This document shows positions 43,674 through 53,608 of a DNA stretch of 64,000 nucleotides, piece by piece. The stretch's first letter is position 1. Each line of letters begins with the position of its first letter. The notes beneath the pieces are model-generated. The model ran no database searches, was not told the origin of the DNA, and saw only the letters and a list, made by a program, of their open reading frames with translations. A program made the position numbers and the translations under genes. The stretch is taken from assembly GCA_963708785.1 (NCBI GenBank), contig CAVPTJ010000010.1, positions 111,399 to 175,398 of the forward strand. The letters run 5' to 3'. The stretch is from an uncultured Gammaproteobacteria bacterium (lineage in GTDB: Bacteria > Pseudomonadota > Gammaproteobacteria > Xanthomonadales > Rhodanobacteraceae).

Positions 43674-46100
43674 ATGTTCCCGATTTTCCTGCGAATCGCC
43701 GTTGCCGCAACGGTTGCGCTGCCCTTCGCTGCGCAGGCGGCGAACGACTTTTGCGTAACCAGCGACGCGCAACTGGCCCAGGCGCTTCTCAATGCGGAAA
43801 ACCTGCCGGCGCGCATCAAGGTCGTGCAGGGCAGCTATCACCTCGACGCAACGAAGTGGCATTTGCAAGACGTCTATTTCGATCCCGAAGATTCGCGCAT
43901 CGCCGACGGTTCGAGCGTGCTCGGCGGCTACCTAAACAACGATTGCAGCTCGCGAGATATCGCAGCGGGAAACACGATCTTCACCGACAACAGCGCAGTC
44001 GCAGGCACGGGAACGGTGTTTCTGGGCAACTTGCTGATCGAAGGCATCACGTTTCGATTGAAGCAAGGCCTGTCGCTGAAAAACGATATCTACCCCGATG
44101 AGGTCTTCAAGCCGAACCCGCATCCGCAGGTCACGATCCGACGCAGCGTATTCGAGGACACCGTCGGCGCCGTGGCGCTCTACGTGGACACCTACGAATC
44201 GACCGTCATCCTGGAAAACTTGCTGATCAAGGGCAACCCCACCGACGGCAGCAACTGCACCGCGTTTGTTTTCGACTCCAACGGCAGCGACACGGTCGAG
44301 GCGATCAACAACACGCTGGTCGACAACAACGAACAGGGCTTGTGCATTGCCAATCGCGGCGCGAACAGTCACGCGCACGTATACGTCTACAACAACATTC
44401 TCTACGACAATAACGGCACCGACGATCTATATACCGATTCCGACAACGCGATCATCGTCGACAACATCATCGGGCATCGCGGATCGGGCGCGAGTTTGAA
44501 CACGCCGCCGGCAGGGACGATCAACGCCGATCCGCAGTTGACAGCCAGCTATCGCCCGACCGAGCCGACCTCCCCCGCCATCAACTCCGGCAGCAACGCG
44601 GTTCCCGGTGGCTTGCCCGCTTCCGATCTGGACGGCGGCCCGCGCGTCATCGGCAGCGCGGTGGATCGCGGCGCTTACGAGTCCCTGACCGACGACAGCA
44701 CGACTCTGACGGTCACCACGACAGCCGATTCCGGCGCGGGTTCGCTGCGGCAGGCGATCATCAACGCGAACAATTCCTCCGGCGCGAATTCGGTCCACTT
44801 CGATATCGGATCGGATTGCGGATCGCCGCACGTGATCACGCTCGCATCAGAGCTGCCGCTCATCACGTCGAACCTGTCGATCAAGGGTTTCACGCAACCG
44901 GGCGCCTCGGCGAACGACCTGGACATCGGCAACGACGCGACGATTTGCGTGGTGCTCAAGGCCGGCAGCGACAGCGTGAGCCACGCCTTGCACGTCGGCG
45001 CGTCGAGCACCGCGGTGCTCAACGTGTCGGGACTGGCTTTCAGCGGTTTCGCCGGTTCGGCTATCTATCTCAACGGCGGCAGCGCGCACACCGTAGCCGG
45101 CGTCCACATGGGCGGCACGGTCGGCGGTGTCGGTCTCGATCCTGTCGGCCGCGGCATCGATATCGGTCCAGGCGTTTCCGGCGTGACGGTCGGCGGCAGC
45201 GACGATTCCGCGCGCAACATCATCGGGCAATCCGCGACGTCGGGCGTATACATCGCCGGTCCGTCGCCGCCGCTGCTGGCCGCGCACGACAACCAGGTGG
45301 TGAACAACTACATCGGCGTCGGCTGGAACCTGTCGGGGGGCTCGTTCAACAATCGAGGCAACGCGACCGTGGGCGTCTATGTGGCCGGCGATCACAACAC
45401 CGTTTCGTCCAACGAAATCGATGCCAACGGTTCGGACGGCGTGCGACTCGACTCGAGCACGGCGACGAACAATTTCGTGATCCTGAACGACATCGGCACG
45501 ATCTTTCCGAATCTCGGCAATGGCCTCGCGATCGAAAACAGCGCATCGTCGAATGCCGCGCTGATCAACACCATCACGCAAAACGCCGGCGCAGGAATCC
45601 GGATCAGCAGCGGCCAGGACAATCTGTTGTCGTTCAACACTATCTACGCGAACAGCAATCTTGGCATCGATCTCGCCGCCGCCGGCGTGACGCCGAACGA
45701 CGACGATTCGGCGACGCAGCCGGTGGACTACGCCAACCGCGGCCTCAACTTTCCGGTGATCGGCAGTGCGATCGGCGGCCACAGATCCGGCTATGTCGCC
45801 GGCACGCTGACGACCACGCCCGGCACGTACAACGTGCAGGTTTACGGCAACGGCGCCTGCGACCCTTCCGGCTACGGCCAGGGCGGCAACTACGCGGGCG
45901 GCGCACAGGTGACGATCGTGGCCGACGCGGGATCCGGCCAAGGCACAGCGTCCTTCGTCGCGCCTGTCGACATCACCTTCAGCCTCACCGGCCAGACTGT
46001 TTTCAGCGCACTGGCCATCGATGGCGCCGGCAACACATCGGAATTCTCCGCCTGCCAGAGTTACCTCGACGATACGCTGTTCGCAGACGGATTCGACTAG
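43674..46100 (+). CDS. Secreted parallel beta-helix protein with choice-of-anchor Q-like segment
   Basis: Signal ending AQA; Asn-rich repeats; SPAINSG...DLDGGPR...VDRGAYE; DSGAGSLRQAI..AN; GNTSEFS; ends DTLFADGFD. Confidence 0.85.
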   Translation: MFPIFLRIAVAATVALPFAAQAANDFCVTSDAQLAQALLNAENLPARIKVVQGSYHLDATKWHLQDVYFDPEDSRIADGSSVLGGYLNNDCSSRDIAAGNTIFTDNSAVAGTGTVFLGNLLIEGITFRLKQGLSLKNDIYPDEVFKPNPHPQVTIRRSVFEDTVGAVALYVDTYESTVILENLLIKGNPTDGSNCTAFVFDSNGSDTVEAINNTLVDNNEQGLCIANRGANSHAHVYVYNNILYDNNGTDDLYTDSDNAIIVDNIIGHRGSGASLNTPPAGTINADPQLTASYRPTEPTSPAINSGSNAVPGGLPASDLDGGPRVIGSAVDRGAYESLTDDSTTLTVTTTADSGAGSLRQAIINANNSSGANSVHFDIGSDCGSPHVITLASELPLITSNLSIKGFTQPGASANDLDIGNDATICVVLKAGSDSVSHALHVGASSTAVLNVSGLAFSGFAGSAIYLNGGSAHTVAGVHMGGTVGGVGLDPVGRGIDIGPGVSGVTVGGSDDSARNIIGQSATSGVYIAGPSPPLLAAHDNQVVNNYIGVGWNLSGGSFNNRGNATVGVYVAGDHNTVSSNEIDANGSDGVRLDSSTATNNFVILNDIGTIFPNLGNGLAIENSASSNAALINTITQNAGAGIRISSGQDNLLSFNTIYANSNLGIDLAAAGVTPNDDDSATQPVDYANRGLNFPVIGSAIGGHRSGYVAGTLTTTPGTYNVQVYGNGACDPSGYGQGGNYAGGAQVTIVADAGSGQGTASFVAPVDITFSLTGQTVFSALAIDGAGNTSEFSACQSYLDDTLFADGFD

Positions 46101-46163
46101 GCCGCCGGAAAATCCGCGCGCATGACGCGCTAAAATGGTCGTCCGACTTCACGGACATGCACC

Positions 46164-47354
46164 ATGACCTACGCCGCAAAGGACCGCCTCGCCGCCGAAC
46201 TGGAATCGATCCGCGAACAAGGTTTGTACAAGACCGAGCGCGTGATCACCACGCCGCAGTCGGCGCAGATCAGCACGACCGACGGCGAAGACGTGCTGAA
46301 CTTCTGCGCCAATAACTATCTCGGTCTCGCCGACAATCCGGACGTCATCAAAGCCGCGAAAGATGCGCTGGACACGCACGGTTTCGGTCTGGCATCGGTG
46401 CGCTTCATCTGCGGCACGCAGGATTTGCACAAACAGCTCGAAGCGACCATCTCGAAATTCTTCGGCACCGACGACACGATTTTGTATACCAGTTGCTTCG
46501 ATGCCAACGGCGGCCTGTTCGAAACGATTCTCGGTGAACAGGATGCCGTGATTTCCGATTCGCTCAACCATGCCTCGATCATCGACGGCATCCGCCTGTG
46601 CAAGGCCGAGCGCCGCCGCTACGCCAACGGCGACATGGCGGAACTTGAAAAGCATCTGCAACTCACCAAGGACAAGCGCACGCGCCTCATCGCGACCGAC
46701 GGCGTGTTCTCGATGGACGGTTTCATCGCCAAACTCGACGAGATCGCCAGGCTCAAGGAAATGTACGACGCGTTGCTGATGGTCGACGATTCGCACGCCA
46801 CCGGCTTCGTCGGTCCGACCGGCCGCGGTTCGGCCGAGTTGCACGGCGTCATGGACAAAGTGGATGTCTTTACGTCCACACTCGGAAAGGCGCTCGGCGG
46901 CGGCTCAGGCGGTTTCACCACCGGCCGCAAGGAAATCATCGACCTGCTGCGCCAACGCTCGCGGCCGTACCTGTTTTCGAACACGTTGCCGCCGCCGCTC
47001 GTTGCCGCGTCGATCAAGGTGTTCGAGATGCTATCGGCCAGCACCGCGCTGCGCGACAAGGTCAACGATAACGCCCTGTATTTCCGCAAACGCATGACCG
47101 AAGCCGGCTTCGACATCCGCCCTGGCACGCATCCGATCGCGCCGGTGATGCTGCACGACGCAAAGCTCGCGCAGCAGTTCGCCAAGGAATTGCTTGCCGA
47201 AGGCATCTACGTGATCGGTTTTTTCTATCCGGTTGTGCCGCAGGGACAGGCGCGCATCCGCACGCAGATGAGCGCGGCGCACTCGCACGAGCAGATCGAT
47301 CGCGCCGTCGCGGCGTTCGTGAAGGTCGGCAGGAAACTCGGCGTGACGAAGTAG
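46164..47354 (+). CDS. kbl: Glycine C-acetyltransferase (2-amino-3-ketobutyrate CoA ligase)
   Basis: [45 protein letters not shown]. Confidence 0.97.
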   Translation: MTYAAKDRLAAELESIREQGLYKTERVITTPQSAQISTTDGEDVLNFCANNYLGLADNPDVIKAAKDALDTHGFGLASVRFICGTQDLHKQLEATISKFFGTDDTILYTSCFDANGGLFETILGEQDAVISDSLNHASIIDGIRLCKAERRRYANGDMAELEKHLQLTKDKRTRLIATDGVFSMDGFIAKLDEIARLKEMYDALLMVDDSHATGFVGPTGRGSAELHGVMDKVDVFTSTLGKALGGGSGGFTTGRKEIIDLLRQRSRPYLFSNTLPPPLVAASIKVFEMLSASTALRDKVNDNALYFRKRMTEAGFDIRPGTHPIAPVMLHDAKLAQQFAKELLAEGIYVIGFFYPVVPQGQARIRTQMSAAHSHEQIDRAVAAFVKVGRKLGVTK

Positions 47355-47361
47355 GTTTGCG

Positions 47362-48135
47362 ATGCGCTTTCATCGCGCCATCGTTCGTCCACCGTCGCGC
47401 ACGTTCGCCGACGGCTTGACGACATCCGCGCTCGGCCGGCCCGATCTCGACAAGGCCCGCGCGCAACACGCAACCTATTGCACGGCGCTGGAACGCTGCG
47501 GATTGCAGCTCACGCGCCTGTCGCCGGACGATGCGTTTCCGGACTCGACGTTTGTCGAAGATCCGGCCGTGCTCACGCCGAAACTCGCGATCGTCACCCA
47601 ACCCGGCGCGCCGTCGCGTCGCGGCGAAGTCGCGAGCATTGCAGCGGCGCTGCCGGAATTTTTCGATCGCATCGCGCGCATCGAAGCGCCCGGAACGGTC
47701 GACGGCGGCGACATCTGCCAGGCGGACGATCATTTCTTCATCGGGCTGTCCGCTCGCACCAATGAGCAAGGCGCGCGCCAACTCGCCGCATTGCTGGCAG
47801 CGGAGGGATTCACCTCGAGCCTTGTCGACATCCGCGACTCGGCGACCGTGCTGCATCTGAAAACCGGCATGTCGTATCTCGGCGACCGGCGCATCGTCGC
47901 CATGCGCGGCATCGCCGATCACCCGGCATTCGGCGGTTTCGACGTGATCGCGGTCTTGCCGGAGGAAAACTACGCGGCGAACCTGCTGCGCATCAACGAG
48001 TTCGTCGTGCTCGCCGCGGGCTTTCCGGAAATCGCCAAAACGGTGGCCGACTTGGGGCACACTGTCGTTCCTCTCGATATGTCCGAGTTTCGCAAGATGG
48101 ACGGCTCGCTGAGCTGTCTGTCCCTACGATTTTAG
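47362..48135 (+). CDS. Dimethylarginine dimethylaminohydrolase (amidinotransferase superfamily)
   Basis: FPDSTFVED, SRRGE, DGGD, RTN, HLKT, GSLSCLSLRF. Confidence 0.9.
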   Translation: MRFHRAIVRPPSRTFADGLTTSALGRPDLDKARAQHATYCTALERCGLQLTRLSPDDAFPDSTFVEDPAVLTPKLAIVTQPGAPSRRGEVASIAAALPEFFDRIARIEAPGTVDGGDICQADDHFFIGLSARTNEQGARQLAALLAAEGFTSSLVDIRDSATVLHLKTGMSYLGDRRIVAMRGIADHPAFGGFDVIAVLPEENYAANLLRINEFVVLAAGFPEIAKTVADLGHTVVPLDMSEFRKMDGSLSCLSLRF

Positions 48136-48141
48136 GTTCTC

Positions 48142-49269
48142 ATGAAACGACGGGAATTTCTCATGTCCGCCTCCGCACTCGCCGGCGCTGCCGCGCTGCC
48201 CGCTTCCGTCCTCGCCGCGGGTGATCCGCACTGGGCGCCTTACCGCAACGCGATGATTGTGGATGCCTGCGGTGCCGTCGGCGGCGGCAACAGCCTCGGC
48301 GCGAAACATCCATTGCTCGACGAGACGGAAGTCGCCGATGCGAAACGCTCCGGCGTGACGCTGGTGAACTACACGGTCGGCACCGTCGGCAGCTACACCG
48401 ACGACTACCGCAAGACGCTCGAGAACATCTCGTTCTGGGATCAGGAATTCGAGAAACGTCCGGACGTGCTGCAAAAAGTCGTGAGCGGCGCGCAGATCGC
48501 GGAGCTCAAGAAATCCGGCCGCATCGGCATCATCTACGGATTTCAGGACACGACGATGTACGGCGAGAACCTCGACCGGTTCGACCTGTTCCACAACTTC
48601 GGCGTGCGCATCGTCCAGCTCACCTACAACCGCCGCAACCTGATGGGCGACGGCTGTCTGGAAAGCGGCAACGCGGGCCTGAGCAAGCTCGGACGCGACA
48701 TGATCGCGCTGATGAACGAACGCGGCTCGCTGGTCGACTTGAGCCATTGCGGCCAGCGCACCACGCACGAAGGCATCGAGGCATCGACGAAACCGGTGGC
48801 GGTCACGCATTCCGGCTGCGCGGCGCTGGCCGACATGCCGCGCAACAAGCGCGACGAGGAAATGAAACTGCTCGCCGATCGCGGCGGCGTGTTCGGCGTT
48901 TACGTTATGCCGTACCTGCGCACGCAGGGTCAGGTGATGGCCGAGGACGTGATCAGGCACCTCGAATACGCGATAAAGATTTGCGGCGAGGATCATGTCG
49001 GTATCGGCACGGACGGTGCGACGTCGGCCGTTGCCATCACGCCGGAATTCAAGAAAGAATTTGCCGAGGAAATCGCCGAGCGTCAGCGCCGCGGCATATC
49101 CGCGCCGGGCGAGCGGCCGGATTCGTACACGTTCGCGTTGGACCTCAACGCGCCGACGCGCTTCGAGATCATCGCGGCGAAGCTGTCCTCGCGCGGCCAT
49201 TCCGATGCACGCATCGAAAAAATCCTCGGCGCCAATTTCGCGCGGCTATTCCGCGACGTGATCGCCTGA
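48142..49269 (+). CDS. M19 membrane dipeptidase-family protein, Tat-exported
   Basis: MKRREFL; QLTYN, DLSH, THS, RNK.D, DHVGIGTD, KILGANF. Confidence 0.9.
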   Translation: MKRREFLMSASALAGAAALPASVLAAGDPHWAPYRNAMIVDACGAVGGGNSLGAKHPLLDETEVADAKRSGVTLVNYTVGTVGSYTDDYRKTLENISFWDQEFEKRPDVLQKVVSGAQIAELKKSGRIGIIYGFQDTTMYGENLDRFDLFHNFGVRIVQLTYNRRNLMGDGCLESGNAGLSKLGRDMIALMNERGSLVDLSHCGQRTTHEGIEASTKPVAVTHSGCAALADMPRNKRDEEMKLLADRGGVFGVYVMPYLRTQGQVMAEDVIRHLEYAIKICGEDHVGIGTDGATSAVAITPEFKKEFAEEIAERQRRGISAPGERPDSYTFALDLNAPTRFEIIAAKLSSRGHSDARIEKILGANFARLFRDVIA

Positions 49270-50037
49270 CGCCGCACGCAGTGCCGCCACTTCGGCGGCG
49301 CTGAGCACGCGCCATCGACCTTTCGCAAGATCGGCAAGCGGCAGCGGACCGATGGCGACGCGGATCAGCCGCAGCACGCCGATGCCGTGCGCCGCGAGCA
49401 ATCGCCGGATGTGACGGTTGCGGCCTTCGTCGAGCACGATTTCCAGCCACGCGTTTTTACCACCACTACGCAACACCGCGATCGATTTCGCGGTGAGAAA
49501 TACGCCGTCTGCATCGACGCCTCCGCGCAACCGTTCGAGCAACGCGGCATCGGGCACCGCGTCGATCTGCACGTGGTAGGTCTTGTCCAGATGCGATGCG
49601 GGATCGGTCAGTGCCGCCGCCCATGCGCTGTCGTTGCTCAGCAGCAGCAAGCCTTCGCTGGCCTTGTCCAGGCGCCCGACCGGCGCGAGCCAAGCATCCA
49701 GCGCGAAGTCGGCCTCGCGCAGCACGTCGTACACGGTGGTGCGGTCGTGTTCGTCGCTAGCGGTCGTCACTGCGCCGCGCGGTTTGTTCATCGCAATGTA
49801 TACTTTTTCGGCGGCGGCGACGGGGCGGCCATCGAGCGTGATGGCGGCGCGATCGGCATCGACGGGAAATTCCGGATCGCGGACCACGCGGCCGTCCACC
49901 GCCACGCGTCCCGCGCGCACCAGCGCCTGCGCCTGCGCGCGCGAGCAGGCGCCGCGCTTGCTCAGCACGCGCGCGACACCAAAGCGCGGCTCAGCGCGGT
50001 GACGGCTCGGCGACGATGCGTTACGCTTGGGTTTCAT
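49246..50037 (-). CDS. RsuA-family pseudouridine synthase
   Basis: S4 domain, NKPRG, PVGRLD..SEGLLL, EGRNRHIRR. Confidence 0.92.
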   Translation of the reverse strand: MKPKRNASSPSRHRAEPRFGVARVLSKRGACSRAQAQALVRAGRVAVDGRVVRDPEFPVDADRAAITLDGRPVAAAEKVYIAMNKPRGAVTTASDEHDRTTVYDVLREADFALDAWLAPVGRLDKASEGLLLLSNDSAWAAALTDPASHLDKTYHVQIDAVPDAALLERLRGGVDADGVFLTAKSIAVLRSGGKNAWLEIVLDEGRNRHIRRLLAAHGIGVLRLIRVAIGPLPLADLAKGRWRVLSAAEVAALRAASGDHVAE

Positions 50038-50089
50038 GCGCCAACGGTGCCGCATCGGCGCGTTCACGTCAAAACGGGGAGTGGCGAGG

Positions 50090-50536
50090 ATGTCCGAACA
50101 CCGTATCGAGCTGGAATGGTTGCGCAAGGGCGGCCCGTTCGAACGCGGCAACTATCTGTCGGCGCACGAGATCAAGTTTTCCGACACCCAGACCATCAAG
50201 GGCTCGCCCTCGCCCGCTTTCGGAGGCGATGATGCGACGGCCGATCCGGAGCAGTTGTTCATCGCCTCGATTTCGGCCTGCCACATGCTTACGTTCCTCG
50301 CCGTCGCGGCGAATCGCGGCTACGTGATCGACACCTATCACGACAGCGCCACGGCGACACTCGGCAAAAACGCGCAAGGCCAGATGACAGTCACGCGCGC
50401 GGTGCTCAAGCCCAAGGTCACGTTTTCCGGCGAGAAACGGCCGACGGCGGAGGATTACCGCAAACTCCACGACCGCGCGCACGCCGCCTGCTTCATCGCC
50501 AATTCGGTGAAGAGCGAGGTCGTGGTCGAAGTGTAG
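50090..50536 (+). CDS. OsmC-family protein
   Basis: DPEQLF.ASISACHMLTFL, AH..CFIANSV. Confidence 0.9.
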   Translation: MSEHRIELEWLRKGGPFERGNYLSAHEIKFSDTQTIKGSPSPAFGGDDATADPEQLFIASISACHMLTFLAVAANRGYVIDTYHDSATATLGKNAQGQMTVTRAVLKPKVTFSGEKRPTAEDYRKLHDRAHAACFIANSVKSEVVVEV

Positions 50537-50647
50537 ACGGCGCGGCACCGTGCAGTCCGGGTGAACGCGGCGACGGTCCACGTTCACCGATTCATCACCG
50601 CGCAACCGGGACACTGCGCGGCGTAACCACGGGGAACAAACCCACGC

Positions 50648-51583
50648 ATGAGTTCGTCCGCACGAGCATTGACGCCGATCGTCGAACGCACGCGCATCGC
50701 CATCGCGCGCTGGTTCGACACGACGCAATACGACGACGACGCCAGCGATGCGATCGACTGGCTGCGCGTGGTGCCGTTCATCGCGATGCACGCGGCGTGT
50801 CTGGGCGCGATCTGGGTCGGCGTTTCGCCGGTCGCGTTGATCGTGGCCGGCGCACTTTATGTGTTGCGCATGTTCGCGATTACCGCGTTCTACCATCGCT
50901 ATTTCTCGCACAAGGCGTTCAAGACGTCGCGCGCAACGCAGTTCGTGTTCGCCGTCATCGGCGCGAGCTGCGTGCAGCGCGGGCCGCTGTGGTGGGCCGC
51001 GCATCATCGCAACCATCATCGCCATGCCGATACCGAACGGGATCTGCATTCGCCGGCGCATCGCGGTTTCTGGCGCAGTCACGTCGGCTGGTTCCTGACG
51101 CGGCGCGGTTTCCACACCGATCGCGGCGTGATCCCCGATCTGAACCGCTACGCGGAATTGCGTTGGCTCGATCGCTACGACGCGATCGTGCCGATCGCGT
51201 TCGCCACGGCGCTGTATTGCCTCGGCGCGTGGCTCGGTGCTGCTTATCCGTCATTGCACACGAGCGGCGCGCAGATGCTGATCTGGGGGTTTTTCATCTC
51301 GACCGTTGTGCTGCTGCACGCGACGGTGACGATCAATTCCCTCGCACACCGCTTCGGCTCGCGCCGCTATGCGACGCGCGACGACAGCCGCAACAACTGG
51401 CTGCTCGCGCTGATCACATTCGGCGAAGGCTGGCACAACAATCATCATCATTTTCCCGGATCGGCGCGGCAGGGATTCCGCTGGTGGGAGATTGACGTGA
51501 CGTACTACGTCCTGCGTGCGATGGCATTGTGCGGGCTGGTGTGGGATCTCAAGCCGGTGCCGGCCGGCCTGCGGCGGCGCTGA
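50648..51583 (+). CDS. Acyl-CoA/lipid delta-9 desaturase
   Basis: His boxes HRYFSH, HRNHH, HNNHH; FGEGW. Confidence 0.93.
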   Translation: MSSSARALTPIVERTRIAIARWFDTTQYDDDASDAIDWLRVVPFIAMHAACLGAIWVGVSPVALIVAGALYVLRMFAITAFYHRYFSHKAFKTSRATQFVFAVIGASCVQRGPLWWAAHHRNHHRHADTERDLHSPAHRGFWRSHVGWFLTRRGFHTDRGVIPDLNRYAELRWLDRYDAIVPIAFATALYCLGAWLGAAYPSLHTSGAQMLIWGFFISTVVLLHATVTINSLAHRFGSRRYATRDDSRNNWLLALITFGEGWHNNHHHFPGSARQGFRWWEIDVTYYVLRAMALCGLVWDLKPVPAGLRRR

Positions 51584-51584
51584 C

Positions 51585-52829
51585 GTGCGCATCGCGGTGA
51601 TCGGTGCCGGCATCGCCGGTATGGCGAGCGCGTGGCTGCTGTCGCGCGAACACGAGGTGGTGCTGTATGAGCGCAACGATTATCTCGGCGGGCACACGCA
51701 CACTCACGATGTGGCGATCGGCGGGCGGAGTTTTGCAGTGGATACGGGTTTCATCGTGTTCAACCCGCCGCAATACCCGCTGCTGAGCCGCATGTTCGAT
51801 GAACTCGGTGTGCCATCGCAACCGACGACGATGAGTTTCTCGCTCAGCAACCGCCGCAGCGGACTGGAATACAACGCGACCAGTCTCGACGGCCTGTTCT
51901 GCCAGCGCCGCAATCTGGTCTCGCCGCGTTTCGTCGGCATGGTGCGCGACATCCTGCGTTTTTATCGCGAGGCGCCTGCGCTGTTGGAGCGTACCGACAA
52001 CGGGCCGAGCATCGCTGACTATCTCGACGAACAGCGTTACGGCGCGGCATTCCGCGACGATCATCTGGTGCCGATGGCGAGTGCGCTGTGGTCGTCGCCG
52101 TCGCAGGCGATCATGAATTCCCCGGCGAAGTATCTGGTGCAGTTCATGGCCAACCACCGCATGATGCAAGCTAACGGACGTCCGCAGTGGCGTGTGGTCA
52201 AGGGCGGATCGCGTGAGTATGTGCGGGCTTTGCGCAAGGTCTGGAATGTCGGCGAACGCGTCGATTCGGCGGTGACGCATGTGCGGCGGCAGGCCGATCA
52301 TGTCGAGGTCGCGACGGCGGCCGGTTCGGAGCGGTTCGATCATGCCGTCATGGCCAGCCACAGCGACCAGGCCCTCGCGCTGCTCGACGACGCGACCGAG
52401 GCCGAACGCGATGTGCTCGGCGCGATCACCTATCAGGAAAACGACACGGTCCTGCACACCGACGCCACACAGTTGCCCGCCAAGCGCAAGGCGTGGGCCG
52501 CGTGGAACGCGATCGTGCCGCGCGAGCCGGGCGAACAGTGCACCGTCAGTTATTGCATGAACCTGTTGCAGTCGCTCGATTGCGCCGAGCCGATCGTCGT
52601 CACGCTGAACCGCACGGCACACATCGATCCGGCACGCATCATCAGACGCATGCGTTATCACCATCCGTTGTATTCGCACGCGAGCGTCGCCGCGCAAACG
52701 CGCAAGGGCGAAATCCAGGGACAGCGACGCACCTGGTTCGCCGGCGCGTACTGGGGCTGGGGTTTCCACGAAGACGGTATGCGCAGCGCGGTGGACGTCG
52801 CGCGCGGACTCGGCGTGCGCTGGCCATGA
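51585..52829 (+). CDS. FAD-dependent oxidoreductase (UfaD-like)
   Basis: GAGIAG, GGHTHT, DTGFIVFN...YP, W.AWN, GFHEDG. Confidence 0.9.
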   Translation: MRIAVIGAGIAGMASAWLLSREHEVVLYERNDYLGGHTHTHDVAIGGRSFAVDTGFIVFNPPQYPLLSRMFDELGVPSQPTTMSFSLSNRRSGLEYNATSLDGLFCQRRNLVSPRFVGMVRDILRFYREAPALLERTDNGPSIADYLDEQRYGAAFRDDHLVPMASALWSSPSQAIMNSPAKYLVQFMANHRMMQANGRPQWRVVKGGSREYVRALRKVWNVGERVDSAVTHVRRQADHVEVATAAGSERFDHAVMASHSDQALALLDDATEAERDVLGAITYQENDTVLHTDATQLPAKRKAWAAWNAIVPREPGEQCTVSYCMNLLQSLDCAEPIVVTLNRTAHIDPARIIRRMRYHHPLYSHASVAAQTRKGEIQGQRRTWFAGAYWGWGFHEDGMRSAVDVARGLGVRWP

Positions 52830-53605
52830 CCGCGCCGCTGGCAAGTTGCATCTACGAAGGCTGGGTGCGCCATCGCCGCTACGCGCCGCATGCGCACGTG
52901 TTCCGCTATCGGTTGTACATGATGTATCTCGATCTGGCCGAGATCGATCGCGTTTTCGCGAAACGCTGGCTGTGGTCGACGCGCCGGCGCAATGTCGTCG
53001 AATTCCGCCGCAGCGACTATCTCGGCGATCCGGCGATTCCGCTCGATATCGCCGTGCGCCGACGCGCCGCGGAGGTGCTCGGGCAAGAACCTGCCGGGCC
53101 GATCCGTATGCTCACGCAACTCCGCACGTTCGGCCACTGCTTCAATCCGGTGACGTTCTACTACTGCTACCGCGAGGACGGCGCGACGCTCGATTGCATC
53201 GTCGCCGAGATCACCAACACGCCGTGGAAGGAACGTCACAGTTATGTGTTGTCCGTCGGCGCGGCGGTCGCGCACGGTGGCGCGCTCGGATGGGATTTTC
53301 AGAAGCGCTTTCACGTCTCGCCGTTCCTTCCGATGCAGCGCGATTATGCGTGGCGTCTCACGCCGCCCGAACAGACGTTGCGCGTGCACATGGACGTGCT
53401 CGCCGGCGGCACGCGTGATTTCGACGCGACGCTCGTGCTAGAACGCCGCGCGCTCACCGGCATGCGTCTTGCGCGCATGTTGCTGCGGTTCCCGGCGATG
53501 TCGCTGCGCATCGTCGCCGCCATCCACTGGCAGGCGTTGTTGATCTTTCTTCGACGCAACCCTGTTTACGATCATCCGACAAACCTCGACGGGAAGGCGC
53601 ACTGA
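52826..53605 (+). CDS. DUF1365 protein (UfaO-like)
   Basis: G.V.HRR..P..H.F.Y, FNPVTFYYC, EITNTPW.ERH.Y, K.FHVSPF, IHWQA. Confidence 0.9.
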   Translation: MTAPLASCIYEGWVRHRRYAPHAHVFRYRLYMMYLDLAEIDRVFAKRWLWSTRRRNVVEFRRSDYLGDPAIPLDIAVRRRAAEVLGQEPAGPIRMLTQLRTFGHCFNPVTFYYCYREDGATLDCIVAEITNTPWKERHSYVLSVGAAVAHGGALGWDFQKRFHVSPFLPMQRDYAWRLTPPEQTLRVHMDVLAGGTRDFDATLVLERRALTGMRLARMLLRFPAMSLRIVAAIHWQALLIFLRRNPVYDHPTNLDGKAH

Positions 53606-53608
53606 GTC

